Source of the DNA: Candidatus Krumholzibacteriota bacterium
GTDB taxonomy: Bacteria; Krumholzibacteriota; Krumholzibacteriia; JAJRXK01
NCBI GenBank assembly: GCA_963806035.1
Contig: CAWDWO010000011.1
Location: 32,001 to 96,000 of the forward strand
DNA: 64,000 nucleotides
Direction of reading: 5' to 3'
A model generated the notes under the pieces. That model saw nothing but the letters and a program-made list of their open reading frames with translations. It ran no database searches and was not told the DNA's origin. The position numbers and the translations under genes are program-made. Shown here in pieces: positions 59,281-64,000 of the stretch (position 1 is its first letter; each line of letters starts with the position of its first letter).

Positions 59281-61326
59281 TCAGCCGATGAACCAGGGCA
59301 AGAAAACCAGTGCCACCACGGTCATCAACTTGATGAGAATGTTCAGCGAGGGACCCGAAGTGTCCTTGAAAGGATCTCCCACCGTGTCGCCAACCACGGC
59401 GGCGCGATGCGCCTCGGAGCCCTTTCCCCCGTATTCCCCACCCTCGATGTATTTCTTGGCGTTGTCCCAGGCTCCGCCGGCGTTGGCCATGAAGATGGCC
59501 ATCATCACTCCGCTGACCAGCGCGCCGGCCAAGAGACCACCCAGCGCCTCGATGCTCCAGAAGCCCACCAAGAGCGGCGCGGCGATGGCCATGAGACCAG
59601 GCAGCACCATCTGCTTGAGCGATCCCGCGGTGGAGATCGCGACACAGCGCGCCGCGTCGGGTTTGCCGGTACCTTCCATGAGCCCGGGGATTTCCTTAAA
59701 CTGGCGGCGAATTTCTTCCACCATCTTGTTGGCCGCCTGTCCGACCGCGCGCATCGTGAGAGCGCTGAAGAGGAAAGGCAAAAAGCCGCCGATCAGAAGT
59801 CCGAGAATCACGTTGGTGCTGTTGATGTCCAGAACCTGCGCCTTCCCCGCGGGCAAACCCTGCAGCATGCCGGCGCGAGTGCAGAAGGCGTTGAAGAGGG
59901 CCAAGGCGGTGAGTGCGGCCGAACCGATCGCAAACCCCTTGCCGATCGCCGCGGTGGTGTTCCCCACTGCGTCGAGAGCATCGGTGCGATTGCGTACCTC
60001 TTCGGGCAACTCCGCCATCTCGGCCAAGCCACCCGCGTTGTCGGCGACGGGGCCGTAGGCATCGATGCCCAGGGAAATGCCCAGGGTCGAGAGCATTCCG
60101 ACCGCGGCCAGCGCCACTCCATAGACCCCAGCCAAGACATAAGAGACGTAGATTCCCACGCAGATGAACGCGACCGGCAGAGCAACCGACTCCATCCCGA
60201 CCGCCAGACCGGCGATGATGTTGGTCGCCGCGCCCGTTTGACTCTGCTTGGCGATCCCGCGCGCCGGATTGGTTTCCGTACTGGTGTAGTACTCGGTGAT
60301 CTTCCCGATGGCGACACCGACGATGAGACCGGCCACGATCGCGCCCCAGAGTTTCCACGCCACCATGCCGGCCGGAAGACTCAGACGGCCAATGACGAAC
60401 CACTCCGCGATGATGACCAAGACCGTGGCGATCAACAGCCCACGGAAGAGCGCGCTGTGCAGCCCTTTCTCATCCCTCGCGGAAACGAAGAAAGTCCCCA
60501 CGATCGAGGCGATGATGCCGACCCCTGCCGTGATCAGGGGCAAGAGCACCATGGAGGTGTTCGCCGAGAACAAAAAGGCTCCGAGAGTCATGGCGGCCAC
60601 GATCGAACCCACGAACGATTCGAAGAGATCCGCCCCCATTCCCGCCACGTCGCCGACGTTGTCCCCGACGTTGTCGGCGATGGTCCCCGGATTGCGTGGA
60701 TCGTCTTCGGGGATCCCGGCCTCGATTTTCCCCACCAGATCGGCGCCGACGTCGGCCGCCTTGGTGAAGATGCCGCCCCCAACGCGGGCGAAGAGGGCAA
60801 TACTGGAAGCACCAAAGCTGAAGCCCAGAACGTTCTCCAGCACCTTCGAATCGAAGATGCCGCCGTGAGAAAATACGAGCGTGAAGATGCTGAGTCCCAG
60901 GACGGCCAGCCCGACCACGCTCATGCCCATGACCACTCCGGACGAGAAACTGATGCCCAGAGCGGAGGTCAAACTATCGCGGGCAGCTTGAGTAGTGCGG
61001 ACCGCGGCGCGAGTTGCGGTGTGCATGCCGAAGTAGCCAGCCAGCGCCGAGGCGAAGGCTCCCGAGAGGAAAGCGATCGCGGTCTTGGGACCGAGGCCAT
61101 TCTCCGCGGACGAGAAGAAGATGGCGCCGAAAACGACGATGACGAAGACCGCGAGCCACCGGTATTCGGCTTTGAGAAACGAAGCCGCACCCTCCTGGAC
61201 CTGCTGCGAGATCTCCTGCATCCGATCGGAACCGCTGTCGCGCCGCATGATCGCTCCGTACTTGATCAGAGCGAAGATCAGCGCGATGACGGCCGTGAGC
61301 GCCGCGGCTGCAAGCGTCATGTTCAT
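59281..61326 (-). CDS. hppA: Membrane-bound K+-dependent (probably Na+-translocating) pyrophosphatase
   Basis: [76 protein letters not shown]. Confidence 0.97.
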   Translation of the reverse strand: MNMTLAAAALTAVIALIFALIKYGAIMRRDSGSDRMQEISQQVQEGAASFLKAEYRWLAVFVIVVFGAIFFSSAENGLGPKTAIAFLSGAFASALAGYFGMHTATRAAVRTTQAARDSLTSALGISFSSGVVMGMSVVGLAVLGLSIFTLVFSHGGIFDSKVLENVLGFSFGASSIALFARVGGGIFTKAADVGADLVGKIEAGIPEDDPRNPGTIADNVGDNVGDVAGMGADLFESFVGSIVAAMTLGAFLFSANTSMVLLPLITAGVGIIASIVGTFFVSARDEKGLHSALFRGLLIATVLVIIAEWFVIGRLSLPAGMVAWKLWGAIVAGLIVGVAIGKITEYYTSTETNPARGIAKQSQTGAATNIIAGLAVGMESVALPVAFICVGIYVSYVLAGVYGVALAAVGMLSTLGISLGIDAYGPVADNAGGLAEMAELPEEVRNRTDALDAVGNTTAAIGKGFAIGSAALTALALFNAFCTRAGMLQGLPAGKAQVLDINSTNVILGLLIGGFLPFLFSALTMRAVGQAANKMVEEIRRQFKEIPGLMEGTGKPDAARCVAISTAGSLKQMVLPGLMAIAAPLLVGFWSIEALGGLLAGALVSGVMMAIFMANAGGAWDNAKKYIEGGEYGGKGSEAHRAAVVGDTVGDPFKDTSGPSLNILIKLMTVVALVFLPWFIG

Positions 61327-61405
61327 GGACTACTCATCCTCCATCCGTTGAGGCGGCTCCCGTCGGGAACCAGAACCGCCGTTTTCCGCTCCAGAGCCGA
61401 GACAT

Positions 61406-61990
61406 TCAGCCATTGAAGCGAGCCATGGTCGACTTGGGGCCGTGAAGGACCCAGTGCTCGAAGCCATCCGCCGCCCTCGTCAGCAGCGCCTCGACGGCTT
61501 CCCACTCTTCTTCCGCGAAATCCTCGAGAACGTAGTCCGCGAGGTCCTCTCCACTGGGGCCGGGCCCCACTCCCATGCGCAAGCGCGGAAAGTCTTGCCG
61601 CCCCAATTTCTCGATGATCGACTTCAAGCCGTTGTGACCTCCCGCGCTCCCTTCCGGACGCAGCCGCAGCCGGCCCAAGGGAAGATTCACGTCGTCGACG
61701 GCCACCATCATCTCGAAATCCTGCGGCTTCTCGATCGCCAAGTACTGGCGTACCGCGCGGCCACTGAGATTCATGTACGTCGTGGGCTTGATCACTCGGA
61801 TCCGGCGCCCCTCAAGCGAATACTCTGCGTGAAAATACTCGGCTCGCCCCGCTCTGAAGGAGAGGCGATGCCGCCGCGCCAAGAGGTCCGCCAGGAGCCA
61901 GCCCAGGTTGTGTCGGGTTCGTTCGTAGCGGCCGCCGGGGTTTCCCAAGCAGAAGAGTAACCACTCTCCGACTTCCGCCGAATCCACCAC
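61406..61990 (-). CDS. pth: Peptidyl-tRNA hydrolase
   Basis: LGNPG..Y..TRHN.G, KPTTYMNLSG, DD, GSAGGHNGLKSI, RLRMGVG, DYVL. Confidence 0.96.
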   Translation of the reverse strand: MVDSAEVGEWLLFCLGNPGGRYERTRHNLGWLLADLLARRHRLSFRAGRAEYFHAEYSLEGRRIRVIKPTTYMNLSGRAVRQYLAIEKPQDFEMMVAVDDVNLPLGRLRLRPEGSAGGHNGLKSIIEKLGRQDFPRLRMGVGPGPSGEDLADYVLEDFAEEEWEAVEALLTRAADGFEHWVLHGPKSTMARFNG

Positions 61991-61992
61991 GC

Positions 61993-62682
61993 TCAGTCCT
62001 GCGACTTCTTCTCGTCCTCGGACGCCTTCTCCTCGCCCTCTTCACCCTCGCCCGCAGCCGCGCCCTCAGCGCCTTCTTCGCCCTCTTCGCCTTCGGCTCC
62101 GGCGACCTCGACGCTCATGCGGGTGGCAACCACGTGGCACAGCGCTGTGTCACCGGGCGTTTCCAGCTCGAATTCGCCACCGACCGCTTGCTCGGCGGTG
62201 ATCTGCTCTCCGAGCTTCAGGGGAACGACGTCGACATCGATCGCGGCCGGGATCTTCTCGGGCAAGACGCGAAGCAGCACTTCCCGGTGCATCCACTCCA
62301 GAACTCCGTTCTCGTTCTTCACGCCGAAGGGAATTCCTTCTTTTTGCCGGAGCGGGACACGCACCACGATCGGCTTGTCCTTTTCGACCGCGAGCAGGTC
62401 CGCATGGAGCAACTTACGGCTCAGCGGATGCTTCTGGATTTCCTTGACGACGGCAAAGGTGACTTCCTTTTCTCCCTCGAACTTGAGGCGCAGGAGCACG
62501 CGGCGACCGTAGTCGGACGAGATGGCTTGACGGAATTGGGCGGTATCGAGGGCCAGGGCTCGGGCTTCCGCACCCAGGCCGTAGAGCACCGCGGGAAGCT
62601 GAGCTTGCGCGCGCAATTTGCGCGCGACGCCCTTGCCGGTCTTCGGCCGGGCGATCGCACTCAGTTCGATCGTGTTGGACAT
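61993..62682 (-). CDS. rplY: 50S ribosomal protein L25 / Ctc (long form with acidic tail)
   Basis: GAGGAG plus ATG at 62682; R..TGKG.ARKLR....PAVLYG, EIQKHP...LLHAD, P.GVK..G, IP..I.VDV. Confidence 0.93.
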   Translation of the reverse strand: MSNTIELSAIARPKTGKGVARKLRAQAQLPAVLYGLGAEARALALDTAQFRQAISSDYGRRVLLRLKFEGEKEVTFAVVKEIQKHPLSRKLLHADLLAVEKDKPIVVRVPLRQKEGIPFGVKNENGVLEWMHREVLLRVLPEKIPAAIDVDVVPLKLGEQITAEQAVGGEFELETPGDTALCHVVATRMSVEVAGAEGEEGEEGAEGAAAGEGEEGEEKASEDEKKSQD

Positions 62683-62699
62683 GAAGTGAATCCTCCTCA

Positions 62700-62855
62700 A
62701 GGTCGCGTGGGATACCACCCACGCGGATTCCGCGCTCTTCGAGCTGGAATCGTGGTACCGATCGGAAACCGCCGCCTCAGGCGGTCGGCGAGCCCCCGGC
62801 ACGGGATGCCGGGAGTCTCCTCGTCCCCCAAAGGGCGACAAGGCAAGAGAGTATA
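62700..62855 (-). promoter_or_regulatory. Multi-hairpin 5' leader of rplY with upstream TATACT -10 box
   Basis: Perfect stems CGCGTGGG/CCCACGCG (62704-62725), CCGCC/GGCGG (62772-62784) and CCCGGCA/TGCCGGG (62795-62813); imperfect stem at 62821-62839; TATACT at 62850-62855 (minus). Confidence 0.45.
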
Positions 62856-62935
62856 GTCAGAAGCGCGGCTTTTGGGTAGTGCGAAGTGGCCGGGCAAAAT
62901 CCCCGCGCGGTGCCTCAACTTACGCTTTATTTTCG

Positions 62936-63874
62936 CTATACGAAGAGGCTCGAAACAGTCTGTTCGAGATGGATCCTCTTGATGGCCTCGGCCAGGAGCG
63001 GCGAGATGTCCAGGACCACCACCTTGGGGCACTCGGTGTGACGATGGAAGGCGATGGTGTTGGTGACCACCACTTCCCGCACCGGAGCCTCATTGAGCCG
63101 CTGCAGCGCGGGCCCGGAAAACAGCGCATGGGTGGCACAGATGTCGATGCTCAGCGCCCCCTGCTTCTGCAATTCACGAATCGCGTCGCTCATGGTTCCG
63201 GCGGTGTCGATCATGTCGTCGAAGAGCACCACGTTCTTCCCGCGCACGTCCCCGATGAAATTCATGACCTCCGCCTCGTTGGGACGCGGCCGGCGTTTGT
63301 CGATGATGGCCAGCGGGGCTCCCAGACGCTTGGCGAAGGCGCGAGCCATCTTGATGCTGCCCACGTCCGGAGCGACCACGCAGAGATTCTCCTCCCCCAC
63401 TCGACTCTGGAAGTAGTCCAAGAGCACCGGTGCGGCATAGAGATGGTCGAGCGGAATGTCGAAGAAGCCCTGAATCTGCGGCGCGTGCAGGTCCATGGTG
63501 AGTACGCGCTGCGCACCGGCCTCGCTGATCAAGTTCGCCATCAGTTTGGCCGCGATGGGAACCCGCGGCTGATCCTTGCGATCCTGCCTGGCGTAGCCGA
63601 AGTAGGGAATGACCGCGGTGATCCGCTGCGCGGAGGAGCGGCGGACGGCGTCGAGGAGGAGCAGCAGTTCCACCAGATTTCCCGCGGGAGGATTGGTGGG
63701 CTGGATCAGGAAGACGTCGGTGCCGCGGACGTTCTCCTGAATCTTGACGGAGATCTCGCCATCGCTGAAATCGACGATCGTGACTTCAGTTAGGGAAACA
63801 TCGAGGTATTGGCAGATCTTCTCCGCGAGGGCGACGTCGCCTCGCCCGGAGATGACTCTCAGTCTTCGGCCCAT
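62936..63874 (-). CDS. prs: Ribose-phosphate pyrophosphokinase
   Basis: FSDGE, PYFGYARQDRK, MDLHAPQIQGFFD, APDVG, DDMIDTAGT. Confidence 0.98.
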   Translation of the reverse strand: MGRRLRVISGRGDVALAEKICQYLDVSLTEVTIVDFSDGEISVKIQENVRGTDVFLIQPTNPPAGNLVELLLLLDAVRRSSAQRITAVIPYFGYARQDRKDQPRVPIAAKLMANLISEAGAQRVLTMDLHAPQIQGFFDIPLDHLYAAPVLLDYFQSRVGEENLCVVAPDVGSIKMARAFAKRLGAPLAIIDKRRPRPNEAEVMNFIGDVRGKNVVLFDDMIDTAGTMSDAIRELQKQGALSIDICATHALFSGPALQRLNEAPVREVVVTNTIAFHRHTECPKVVVLDISPLLAEAIKRIHLEQTVSSLFV

Positions 63875-63898
63875 GAACCCCGTATCCTCCCAAGACCG

Positions 63899-64000
63899 CT
63901 AGTAGGCATCCTCCGCGGCGAGTCCCTCGCCGCCATCGAACTGGGTGCTTGGCTGTGCGTGATCGGTCCGGGCGAGTTCTTCCTGGTAGGCGCCGATGAC
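63899..64000 (-). CDS. 3' end of an upstream gene, possibly SpoVG
   Basis: Manual translation VIGAYQEELARTDHAQPSTQFDGGEGLAAEDAY*. Resembles the SpoVG C-terminal helix (V..AY..EL), and spoVG often precedes prs. Only 33 codons are visible. Confidence 0.4.
   Translation of the reverse strand, partial: VIGAYQEELARTDHAQPSTQFDGGEGLAAEDAY

Noticed and set aside
62000..62110. Repetitive CTTC/GCC-rich tract
   Set aside because: It encodes the ordinary Glu/Gly/Ala acidic tail of L25/Ctc and is not a DNA repeat array.
1..64000. tRNA (including tRNA-Sec), rRNA, CRISPR arrays, transposases, integrases, defence systems
   Set aside because: None recognised. Intergenic gaps are short, and none shows a T-arm/cloverleaf or repeat-spacer pattern by eye. 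tRNAscan-SE and Infernal runs would be needed to exclude them formally.

Overview
High-GC bacterial chromosomal segment. All genes but one (a TonB-like gene at 50051-50776) lie on the minus strand. In transcription order (right to left): a partial spoVG-like gene, prs, rplY, pth, hppA, rpsF-rpsR-rplI, manB, manC, a parvulin-TPR lipoprotein, DUF2914, DUF151, a gamma-carbonic anhydrase and an LpoA-like lipoprotein. Next come selA, a degenerate BY-kinase-TM-SPOR gene, smc, ftsY, ribD-ribE-ribBA-ribH and nusB. These run into a ~20 kb envelope glycosylation locus: methyltransferase, GT4, flippase-like protein, DUF2723/TMEM260-like GT-C, epimerase, GT2s, YfhO, DPM synthase, a GT2 fused to a catalytically eroded phosphoglycosyl transferase, a PorZ-like propeller, CapD/PglF, a FemAB-like GNAT and another GT-C. 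The dcw cluster follows (mraZ, an inserted STAS-like gene, rsmH through ftsZ, a TPR gene; no murB or ddl). Gene content suggests an FCB-superphylum lineage such as Krumholzibacteriota, Latescibacterota or Eisenbacteria (inference only). Five apparent frameshifts all fall in short homopolymers and are probably sequencing errors. I saw no rRNA, tRNA, CRISPR array or transposase. The most interesting candidates are the multi-GT-C glycosylation/PorZ-like locus, two apparent pseudo-enzymes (dead PGT, dead BY-kinase-SPOR), the STAS-like gene inside mraZ-rsmH, and several structured intergenic RNAs. All family calls come from motif recognition by eye, not from database searches.
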